Assembly (NCBI RefSeq): GCF_006345805.1
Contig: NC_042997.1
Coordinates: 178,250,001 to 178,314,000, forward strand
Direction of reading: 5' to 3'
Source of the DNA: Octopus sinensis
Taxonomy: Eukaryota
Length of the DNA: 64,000 nt
This document shows positions 1 to 12,110 of this stretch, one piece after another (positions within the stretch are counted from its first letter, which is position 1; each line of letters starts with the position of its first letter). The notes below the pieces were generated by a model, which did no database searches, was not told where the DNA came from, and worked only from the letters and a program-made list of their open reading frames with translations. The position numbers and the translations under genes were made by a program.

Positions 1-558
1 AATTAAATTTCAACGAATTTCGCTTCATTTATACATGGTATCAGTAGCACACAGACCAGCCAGTATCTAACAAACCAACATAGCTAATTTAGGTCATTAC
101 TTTAATGGCCCAACTAGGAGTTTTAAATTTTAATTCAACTGCAATTTGAGTATCCATTTAGTACACTAGTGTGTATAGAAAGGATGTTTAAGCAATAGAT
201 TACAAAGGCTTTTTGTAATTATGAAATAAATTATGTCAGGAATAAACATTCTTATTTAAAACAAAGTACTGAAAGAGCATGTGTGCGAGTGTAAAATATG
301 AGAATAAGTTTACAGGAATAGATTTGATAAACAAAACATACATTCAACTTTGCTGTTTAAATAAATGTTATCATTTAACCATAGGGAACAAACTCAAGAA
401 CAGCTCGACTAGTTTGAACAAATTATTGCTCCCTTATCAGAAGTATTGATTCATGTTCATCCTACAGAGAGGAAGCAGATTAGAGCTGCATACAAGTTAT
501 TCACAACTTATCCATATACACAATGTCTCGGAACCTTAGTTATTTTATACAAACTCAC

Positions 559-3500
559 CAGCAAAAGTACTGATATGGAAAGGAGTAAAATTAGTAAAAT
601 TAGCACTTGTTGCTCATAGGTTGTTTTATAAGCAGCTCAAAGATGCTTGCTCTCTTTGTGGGACTAACATCAGTTGGCACTTGTGATAAGGTAGCAGTAA
701 CCAGATAGAACTAAATGAGATGTATTTTCAATTCATTCTGCAGAGAGGGTCTTGTGGTTTAGCCAGAGATTGTATGTACAGCAGGGGTGAATGTATGCTT
801 TGTTTATCAAAGCATAAACATGTGAATTTCTTCCTAATGACAGCATAAAAAAAAAAAGAAAAAAAGATAAAAATCCTATCATAAATCATAGCAAAACCTA
901 AACATACCAGAAACAAGAAACTATATTATGTTTATATAGTATTCAGGTTCTCTCTTTTCGTACACTAAAGTAAAGGGACACACTATAAAGAGTATTAGGA
1001 GCGACCTAATTTTGTCTTTTCTATTGCTGATATGAATCTACCTAACATCGTTACAATAAATATTGCACAGGACGGAAGTCAAAATGTGTTCCAGTGTGAA
1101 CATCCGTTTATGGAATGGAGAGGTGCTCAATATTAAAACTAGCTCTATTAGCAATATGAAGTGAACCATAAATATGTAGAAGACAGAGGATGTAGATTGA
1201 GAATCAAATACAGTAAACACACACACACATATTTATATATTAGGCGGAGACATAGTTGTGAAGTTGATGGAATCTCTTTCATATTCAAATGGCTTCAGGC
1301 TCCATCCCATTGTGTAGATCTTGGACAAGTGTCTTTTACTATAGCCTTAGATTGATTTACCAATTACCCTGTGAGGGTAATTGGTAGATGGAAACTATAC
1401 AGAAGCTTATTTTGCAACCATATGGTTTCAGGTTTAGTCTTACTGAACAGCACATAGGGCAATTGTCTTCTACTATAGCCCAAGGTCGACCAATACTTTG
1501 TAAGTCAATTAGGTAGATGGAAATGGTGTTAAATCCCATCACATGTGTGTGTGTGTGTGTAGGTGTCCACTTCCATCACTTGACAACCAATGTTGGTTTG
1601 TTTACATTCCTGTAAGTTAGTGATTTGGTAAAAGACTGATAGAATAAGTACCTCACTTAGAAAAAAAAAGTACTGGGATTGATTTATTTAACTGTAAACC
1701 CTTCAAGATGGTACCCTAGCATGGCTGCAGTCCAATCATTGAAATGTGTGTGTGCATGTGAGTGCGTGTATATATATATATATATCATCATCCTTTAACA
1801 TCCGCTTTCCATGCTAGCATGGGTTGGACGGTTCAACTGGGGTCTGGGAAGCCAGGAGGCTGCACCAGGCCCAGTCTGATCTGGCAGCATTTCTACAGCT
1901 TGATGCCCTTCCTAATGCCAACCACTCTGAGTGTAGTGGGTGCTTTTTATGTGCCACCGGCACAGGTGCCAGACGAGGCTGGCTGCGGCCACAATTGGTT
2001 GGTGCCTTTTACGTGCCACACACACACACACACACATGTATATACACAGACATGTATAGTGTGTATGCCTGTGTGCATGTATTTGTCTCCCTGTGTCTTC
2101 ACAGACACCTTTTGGGTAATTAGGTATGACATTTATATCTCCTGTCAGCAATACAAACTGCAGCTTTGTAGTATTGTGATGTGAAGACCATTGGAATGAA
2201 AATACCTTACTTGGGAAATAGGTATGGGTTGACAACAGGAAGGGAAACTAAACATAGAACATTGCTTCATGAAGTTTTGTCCAATCTAAGAATGGAAAAA
2301 GTAGACAAATATAATTACAGCACTAATTAGTAAGCTAATTAGTAATTATATTAGAGCAGAACTGTATATATTTCATCTTCCTTTTGCACCACCAACTATA
2401 CTTTTCCTTGAAAGCACTCCCATTTGTTATCTACCCTGCATTCTCAATATCATTCATTATCACTTTATTTTCATCAAATGCTCCTTTACCACGAACACTA
2501 TCGCAGCCTCCCATCACCTTTGTCACTCACTATATCCACCCCTGTGTATCTTTAACTTCCATCTCTGTCACTGTGTATTCTTCTCTCACTTGCTCCACAC
2601 TTCACATTCTCCCCCTAGTTTTCAATATACTGCTTCTCTCCATCCTTTCTTTTTGTACTGCCACTTATCAACTCTTTCTCTCAGAACTACTATGATTTTC
2701 TTCACATTCCCCCTCGAACTGATATTCACCTTTGATCATATCTCTACCTGTGTTTGCCATTCACTGCATTCACTTCTACCCCTGTCTCTAACCATCTGTG
2801 ATTCTCCTTTCACTCTCACGAATTTACCCATCCACTCTTCCCAATCCTCAGTCTCTCTTACATCCACCTTTATGTGCCTTCAGTGTATACCCTGATACCA
2901 CATACCTATTTTTTCTCTTTCCAGCTGAGACACCTGTTGTCCCTTTATCATATGCCAGCTCCCTCATTACAACACCATCACTCAATGAAGCAGGGTCTTG
3001 TCTTGCAAGTTACTTGGTGACTTTACTAGGGTTGATGTCATGTTAAAAAGCACCAAGTACATTCTGTAAAGTGGTTGGTATTAGGAAGGGTATTCAGTCA
3101 TAGAAACCATACCAAGGTGGACATCAACACCTGATGCAGCCCACTGGTTTGTCAGATCTTGTTGAACTGTCCAACCTATGTCAACATGGAAGACAGGTCA
3201 AATGATGATGATTATGAGTATAAATGTAAATGGAACAGCCAGCAATTTTGATGATGAGTACCATAAATCTTCAAATATAGTCCGCCCTTGAGTATAATAC
3301 GCAGGGAATTTTTAGGGGGCTGTGCTTCTGAAAAACCTAAACCTTGTGTATAATACACAATGTAGTTATAGAAGCATCAATGACAATTCAAAACTAACAG
3401 GAACAATGTAGAACGGTCATTGATGGTTTATGCTTTACAGGGAGCGAGAGGCTTAAGTATATATCTTATATTTTACTTGTTTCAATCATTAGACTGCAGT

Positions 3501-6500
3501 CATGCTGGGACACAATCAATTCATGTGAAAGTGTATGTGCACTCACACACACGAGTAAAATTCTCATTCATTTATCCTTAAAATACTTTCTGTACTTAAT
3601 TATGCTCAAACACGGGCAGGCAGCTGAAGACCTGGGCAACGACGATAAAGGAGGACCTCTCCGAACTCTCAGATCTGCGGGTGGTCGGTCTGCACAGATG
3701 GGACCGCGAATGGCTCACTATCTCCAGTGACCTCGCACAGGACCGTCGAGCATTGTTCAGCCATGGTTTGTGATGCCACAAGTACAAGTGAGTAAACACA
3801 TACACAAATGAAATATGGAGATGTTAGACAAACATGAAGAAACAATTAAAAGTCTCAGTTTGTTGAGGGTGTTTTTTGTTTTCTTTGTCCCAGCATGTAG
3901 ATGTATATTATGTGTAATTGAATAGGTTTATGATCAAAGGCATTTTGTTCATGACTATTTAAATATATTCTAGACAAAATAAACAAAATGAAAAAAAATC
4001 CACCTAAACAATTTTTTAAGCCAGAAGGCCAAAATAGTAATTTAACATAATTTGTATACCTGTGAATATATTAAACAGAGATGCACCTCCCACAATTTCT
4101 TATGTGCATGTTACTCTGTCTCATGTCTTCCTGCATCTACCCCTTCCACTTGTGGAAGGAGTAGACCTAGGAAGACGTGGGATGAAGTGGTGAGAAAGGA
4201 TCTTGATGTTGGGTCTTACAGAGGGGATGTCAATGGGATTGAGATTCCTGGCAGTTTGCTGTGCTGGAGAAGACATGTCAAGCTAAATAAAATTGGGGAG
4301 AATTCACGAAAAAACAAAAGATGAAGACAGGTGGTGTAGAAAACAAACAGATGTATTAGTATAACGCTCAGGAATTGAAAAAGTCTTTTACATTTCGAGC
4401 CTACGCTTTTCTGCAGAAAGGGACACAGAAAAAAAACAAGGAGAGAAAAAAATGTGTGTAGTGGCTACCGATCTATCATGGCGAGTCCTTGCATACAGGC
4501 AGGTCTCTTGCATCCCGCTCCAGCTGAGTGTTCCTAATCTTGCAGGCTCGTAGATGCTGGTACCACATAAAAGGCATTTGTACCAGTGCCATGTAAAAGC
4601 ACCCATGCCAGTGCTGTGAAAATGTGCCCAGTACACTCTGAAAAGTGGTTGGCATTAGGAAGGGCACCCACTGGGACTGAAGCTGGACCAAGGCCTTGTG
4701 AGTGGATTATAGATGACAGAAACTGAAAGGAACCTGTCATGTGTGAGCATGTTTGTGTGTGTGTGTGTGTGTGTGCCTTTGTGTCTGTTCCGCCTCCTAC
4801 CATTTGACAACTGGTGTTGGTGAGTTTACATCCCCATAACTGAGCAGTTTGGCAAAAAAAGAAACAGAATAACTACAAGGCTTTCAAAAAATAAGTACTG
4901 GTGACGATTCACCCAACTAAAATTCGTTAAGGTGGTGCTTCCTGTGTGGCTGTAGACAAATGAGTGAAACAAGTAAAAGATAAAAGATACACTACGCCTA
5001 CCCCCACCCCCCAAAAAAACAAAAATAAAACAAACGAAACAAAATGTCATGGCTGGAATGCTTTTGATTATAGGTCTGATCTGAGGCTAAACAATGACAA
5101 TATTAAACAATAGAAAAAAAAAAAAAAAGAGTTCAGTTGTAAATGAATATAGCAGTAGTTTATTTTAAGTCGGCCAAAGTCATGCAAACTTGTTAATTTT
5201 TGTCAAATTAATAATACCTTGCTGACTTCATTTAACTGTCAAATTCTTAAAGGATTTGCTCAAGGATTTTAGCAGCCAGCGGCTTGATGGCAGAAAATTG
5301 GAATTCAGTCAGCTATGTTTGAATATTTCAAACATAGTTGACTGCCATATTATCATCATCATCATCATCATTAGATGGTAATTATACTGTTTACAAGCTA
5401 ATGAAGGAGCTTCTAGAGGGGTGGTGGATCTGTCAGAAACAGTAGCAAAATGAAGGCGGCAAGATGGTAGAAGCGTTAGCACGCCGGGCGAAATGCTTAG
5501 CAGTATTTCGTCTGTCTTTACGTCCTGAGTTCAAATTCCGCCGAGCTCCACTTTGCCTTTCATCCTTTCGGGGTCGATTAAATAAGTACCAGTTACACAC
5601 TGGGGTCAATATAATCGACTTAATCCGTTTGTCCCCTCTGTGTGGGCAATAAAGAAATAAGAAACAGTAGCCAAATCTTAGAATAACATACCATAAGGCA
5701 TTTAGAGTAATGTGGTTCTATTTGCAAGATGGTCATGATGCTGGAATACATTTTACCATAAGTCAGTTTGATCTGGACTGAACTGAAACTAAATAGCATC
5801 ATTCTTTCACTTTTCCAAAACCAAAAGCAAAAGAAAAAAAAAATGGCTGTATGGCTAAGACATTCATTTCCCAGCTACAAGGCACTGGATTCAGCCTTAC
5901 TTTTGCAATAACTTGACTAAGAGTCTCGTACCCTCATCTCAGGGTAACCAAAACCTTGGAGGTGAAATTTGGTAGAAGGAAAGAACATGGAAGCTCACTG
6001 GATGGACTGCTCCTGGTCTTTGATGGTGGGGTTACACTTAATTCATCACCTAGTTTAACACCATCACTGAGGGCTAGTAGCTTTAGTAGAGTCTATTGTA
6101 AACATTTGAGTAGGGCCTCCATCTGAGGAAAGCATTATCCCTTCTTCCCACCATCACCAAGAAAAGGTCATGAATCGGAGATTACATTATCTGAAGTATC
6201 TTTCTTTTCTCTGCAAAGGTAGTAGTAATTTGAAGGGAACTGGCTGCTATTTCTGACATGTTGAGCTTTTAGAGACTATTATTGGTTCAGAGTTGGGTGA
6301 AGTTAATATGGTTCGAGGTCAGTTTGAACTATTGAAGATCAACAGAGGGGGAGAAATCTAGGCAGAAAAGATCTTCCAGAGAAGTGCAACTCTTAAGAAG
6401 AAAGGAGCTTTGTAAAGGGTGTGGAAAGTGACATGGAGCTGGTGACAGAATAGAAATTGGTGAAATGTGCAGATTAAAGTAGAAGTAATACTAAGGCAGC

Positions 6501-9312
6501 TAGTTTGAAGGAGCATAGGATTGTAGCCACACATGGGCATGGCTCAATGAAGGGTACGTGATTAAAATATTGGCTTGTAAATCAAGATTTGTCTATTGAT
6601 AGAGAAGGTTTATAACAATGTTTGAAGGAGTTGTCACAATAGATACATTATGCAACACCACTCATTGTTTTTCACAAAATATAAATAAAATTTCCACTGA
6701 TTGCCACAGACTACATAAATTCTCTAAAATACTAAATATGGCAACCGACTGGTGAAATCATGAGACTGTCAGACCACCTTGCAATAAGTTGTTCTAGCAC
6801 TCAAGATTCTATTCAAGTAGTCTGCAACTACACGTTCCACTCCTATTTACTGTATTTAGTATGTGGATGTATATCTCTCATCACCAAAATTGGAGCAAGT
6901 GACCATCACACTTGTACTTCGGGCATGCATAAGCATTTAAATGCACATATAGAGGAAAAGAATATTTAATGCATATAATATCATCAACATTTAACATCCA
7001 CTTCCCCATGCTTGCATGAGTTAGAATAATTTGTTGAAGCAGAGGTTTTATGTGACTGGATGCCCTTCCTGTTGCTAACCCCTCACCTGTTTATAAACAA
7101 ACAAGGTAATATTTACCATGGACAGACAGTTTTCATGGAAGACTGAAGATGGAAAACCACACTTATATGACAGTGATGCTCATTTACAGCCATCATGTGA
7201 TATCAATAGAAGGAGATACACACAGCAGTGGCACGTGACTTAGTGGTTAGGGTGTTGGACTCATGATCGTAAGATTGTGGTTTCGATTCCTGAACTGGGC
7301 GACAAGTTGTGTTCTCGAGCAAAACGCTTCATATCATGTTACTCCAGTTCACTCAACTAGCAAAAATGAATAATCCGGCGACAGACCAGTGTCCCGTCTA
7401 GGTGGGGAGTATATACTCAATGAAAACCAACCCTTATGAGTCAGTATGACTCAAAAAGGAAACTTTAGCCTTTTTGTAACACACACACACACACACATGA
7501 TGAGCTTCTTTCGGTTTCCATCTAGCAAATCCACTCACAAGGCTTTGCTTGGCCTGGGGGTTAAAGAAGCAGGCACTTGTCCAAATTACCACACAGTGGG
7601 ACTGAACATGAGACAGTATGATTGGAAACAAGCTTCTTAACCACACAGCCACACTGGCACCTTGCAGAGTTTATTTCTTTCTTAATGTTGACATTTCATT
7701 CTGTCACTACTTTAGATACCCTTCCTGATGCCAACTCTTTACTATCCTACAAATAAGGTATTTTTTGTTCCACTGATCCTTTGCACATTGAACTGTGAAA
7801 CTGAGGGACATTTATATGCAAGACAAATGTTACTGCTTCTCATTTGGTGTCAATGCAGACACACACATGTATGCATACACACATATTTTTTTGTTATATA
7901 CTACACTCACAGAGTGGTTGGCGTTAGGAAGGGTCATCCAGCCGTAGAAACTCTGCCAGATCAGACTGGAGTCTGGTGCAGCCTCCTGGCTTCCCAGACC
8001 CCGGTCGAACCGTCCAACCCATGTTAGCATGGAAAACGGACGTTAAACGATGACGATGATGATAAATGGATTTCCATACATCAAATGTCATTCACAAGGC
8101 ATTGGCCAACCAGAGTGTTACATTAAGAGTACAAGTGTGTACAGAATGTTCAGACACATTATAATTTAAGATGGATACTGTTTGCAATTCAAAGTGATTG
8201 CCTTGTCACATGTACTCTGCTGATTACATTAAGACAGCTATTTTCAATCATTTTTTATTTAATACAAAGCCCACTAATTAAGGCTTATAGTGCACCATCA
8301 GCTCTCTTAAAAGATTATACGTAAGTATGTATATGTGTGTGTGAAATGAGCGTCAAAATTGTTTTTAAACAGATGAGTGAATGCTTTGCACTTTGCCACC
8401 AAAAAAATGCATCAGTACAGAACATTAAAAATCCAGGAAGTCTTCCAAGCATCTTGGCAGTTTCCAACTTGAGGCACACCTTTGGCCCACACACAAAGCA
8501 AGTCAAGAAATTTGCAGTATTGATGTGAAATCATCAACTTCGAACAAATATGTACTGCAAAGCAAGAGTACAGATGCTGTTGAGTCCCGGGTCAGTCTGA
8601 TGAAGCAGACAAGATCAAAAGCAGTCTGCCAATATCTAGTCATTTTGTGAAACGTTAGCCTCCCATATTAAAAGGCTGTGGTTTAAAGGGGCAAGCATAT
8701 ACTCCGAACCCGACGACGATACATATTCTTTTTCTTTTTATATTTATTTATTTTAAACAAACGTGGACTATTAAGGACACCATAAAGGTGTTTTCTTTTC
8801 TGTTTGCTTCAGAAAGGCCCTCGCTAAGAGGATAACTGATGTTGAGAGTAGCAACAGTTCTCCCCGATCAAGCAGAGACAATTTCCAGTCGGATGAAACC
8901 TGAAGGAGGTTTACTGCTCTTATGTAGCATGTCAAGCAGACCGTGTACAAACTCCATTCGTTGGCTCATTTGGATAGAACGAACGGGAACGATGACGTTC
9001 ATCGTTTTCTCCAAGAGAACGGCTAATCTTGTCAGCTTGTTTCGCTCTACAGCCTTTCCTCACAATGAAAGACAACTTGTTAATAATTTAGACCTTAAAT
9101 ATTGCCCTAGGAAGTTACACAAGAACGTAAAATCTTCAAAAAATGTAGTAAAAATACGAATAAATCACCAACATAATTTAGAAAACAGAAAGACATCAGT
9201 TTTCGGCTGCAATGTCCAAAGAACTACATGTAATCAGCTGGTTATAAAAAAAAGCCAACGCCTTTTGTAAGCATACACACCCATATATGCACAATGTGCG
9301 CACGCGTGTATG

Positions 9313-9349
<37 letters not shown>

Positions 9350-11246
9350 CATAACCCTAAACACCGGGTTTACGTATTCTTTACTTTCACTACACATACA
9401 TACACATATTCACACACACAATACACTCGCACGCAAGCGAAAACCAAAATACGTAGAGGGTTTCGAACAGCCAGTCCTGTCTAGTCGACTGTACTTAACA
9501 GTGTTGAACGTAAAGCACAGTGGTCTCTATACATTAGTGTGCCGAGCACTTGTACGTCTTGGTACGATAAACCTTACGGAAGTACTATATATCTTATATG
9601 TATATATACACATACACACACTAGTGGGGATTACATGAAGTACTCTCTGTGATACGTTCCTGTAGCTTGAAGTTATTAATATCTACTACTCTCTATATAT
9701 ATAACACAACGTACGGCGACGATTATAAGTAATCCAGTGTTAAAGTAGCGTATTTCTCATAACATGTACCTTTTTGACGATATATCCAAAGCTTAAATGT
9801 TATAGACAAGGTGTATGGAAGTCATGTGACAGTCAGCCCAAATCAATCTAGAACTAATTTTAGTTGTACCCCGAAAGGATATGTTGCCCACAGCAACAGC
9901 CCCAAACGAAACAAGAGGCTAATTTTACCTGTCAAATTGTAAATAAGCCATGTAACAACTACTATATACTGTCTATTCGTGTTTAAATTACTGCGAAAAC
10001 ACGAGAACAAATTATACACACACACACATACAATCTCTCATGCATGAGGGATCCTCAACTAAGTCGCTCGACCTGCTAGAAAAAAAAAATTTAATTACTC
10101 ACAGATCAAACCTTACAATCTTAGCAAAAATAAAAAGAACGAATGACATATTGGTTAATATATTCTGAGCTACACTATGGCTAAGAAAGAAAAAGAAAAA
10201 AAACCGGATGATCAAAGGTGAAATGGATTCGATCACAGATATGTTCGATTAGGGCTCATCTGGGGGTTACACAAGAAAACGACACTAAATATATACACGA
10301 GATAAAATAATGTACATGATATATATCAAAATTTCTCGGAATATTCGCAAAATATTATTCAGAAGTCAATAAGCGGCGATAAATTACTGCTATTTTGAAA
10401 GAAAAAAAAAAAAAAGGAAAGAAACGATTCGCTTAATTACTACTACGAAAGGAGCAATACTACTAATGATTAAAAAGTATATATATATATAAAACTTAAA
10501 TGATTTCGACATTGGCACTTGGCCACGAATTTCGGAGGGGCGGGCACAATTAGTTAAAATTGACTTCAGTATACTTAACTAGTAGTTTATTTTATCGATA
10601 CCGGCAGAGTGAAAGGCAAAAATCTATAATCGTATTTCTACCAATGGTAGAAGACAGGAAGGAAGGGATAGCAGTGTTTTAAACAAGAGTGTCAGAGAAG
10701 AACACTCTATGGTATCTAGTTGTGTGTATCAACTTAACTGAGTTCTTCTAATCCTAACTTTTCGTTTTAACCTTCCGGAAGCCGACAAAATTAATAATAC
10801 CTACGGAGATGCAGTACAGTCGATGTGCTCTTTCACTAAAATAGCCTCGTTGAGTGTTGCAAAAAGGAAAAATGATATAATGAATCCAAAAACTAAATAT
10901 AAATAATGCTTTTATTCTCCCCTAAAAACATTTGAAGGCTGAACTGAACAGTCCAGGTTTACAACAGGAAAGCTCAAGTTTGACAATCTCCATACACACA
11001 CATACGCATATTATTATATATATATAGATAGTTAGTTGGACTTTTAGTATGGATATTAGCTGGAATATTTAGAGTTAATGATGTGCAAACATTTCTGGCA
11101 ACAACCATTATTATTTACTCACCATTATCTCTTTCGAAATTAAAAATATATATATATAGACTAGAAGTACAGAAAAAAACATATATGACAGATTTTACGG
11201 GACACGAATGTCGCAAGTTGCGAGAAAATTAAACTAATATACATAC

Positions 11247-11278
<32 letters not shown>

Positions 11279-11331
11279 ATAAATATATATGTGTGTGTGT
11301 GTATATAAATATATATATGTGTGTGTGTATG

Positions 11332-11362
<31 letters not shown>

Positions 11363-11365
11363 ATG

Positions 11366-11396
<31 letters not shown>

Positions 11397-11900
11397 ATAT
11401 AAATATATATATATAATATAGATGTATGTATGTATCTATATAAGTGTGTGTAATAATTTACATACGTTTCTTTTATTTTTTTGTTTTTGTCAAACATCTA
11501 ACTTCGTAGTATAGGAACATGCTAAAGGATAAATAGTTTGTAAAGATGTTTTGGGGGGATGCCTACTTAAGTGGGGTCGAAAAGCAGAAATTTAAAAGGC
11601 AAAAAAATCAACAACATTAGCGATAGCTTTTTTAAAATCCTTTCAAGATCGGTTTCAGATCCATCATCACCAGAATAATAATAATAATAATAAAAGATAA
11701 CATAATAATATACACAGTTTTAACCGCTTCCGGTACAGTAGTAAATGAAAGACTATAAGCAAGTTTTTTTTTTTTTATTTACTCAGCGACGATAAATGAC
11801 AACACTTAGGAAACGATATTAATTCAAATACTAACCTCGCTGTCAAGATAAATCCGTTGAAAAATGTAAAGGGATAAAAATGTTAGACCTCAAACGGGTA
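559..11900 (-). ncRNA. Putative divergent spliced transcript (lncRNA or long 5' UTR); candidate exons about 11900-11836, 11160-11123, 9106-8900, 833-559
   Basis: Paired acceptor/donor sites on the - strand (for example ttttttctgtacttctAG...ATG|GTGAGT, and long poly-Y cattAG...CTG|GTGAGT); no continuous recognisable ORF. Confidence 0.35.
11237..11450. repeat. Compound (TA)n/(TG)n microsatellite; other long (TA)n tracts near 27052-27102, 32908-32979 and 58166-58258
   Basis: Directly visible. Confidence 0.95.
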
Positions 11901-12110
11901 GGAATATTTCGTGTTGGACGTGAGTCCTGATCAAACAGCCACCATATTAGACCATTCTCAGAAAGCAGAGTTAGGTTATATTTTGTTTTGACCAATGAGA
12001 ACCGTCGGCAAGTTACAGCAATCGGCCAATCACAACCCTCCGTACAAAATCCATTATGGTAGACTGTTACTCGGCTTTCTTTCGTTCTAAACTCTGAAAT
12101 ATGTAAGTTA
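11720..12110. promoter_or_regulatory. Probable MBTPS1 promoter and non-coding first exon, possibly bidirectional
   Basis: CCAAT boxes at 11992-11996 and 12026-12030; ETS-like ACCGGAAGC on - strand at 11726-11734; + strand donor AT|GTAAGT at 12103; - strand donor GAG|GTTAGT at 11835; CpGs locally more frequent. Confidence 0.55.

Noticed and set aside
8813-8903. + strand candidate terminal exon (KALAKRITDVESSNSSPRSSRDNFQSDET*) after a good acceptor, and the overlapping 143-aa ORF 8839-9270
   Set aside because: I found no upstream partner exons and no recognisable homology; it cannot be supported without transcript data.
11992-12044. ER stress element (CCAAT-N9-CCACG) feedback site in the S1P promoter
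   Set aside because: The bases after N9 are CGGCA and CCGTA, not CCACG.
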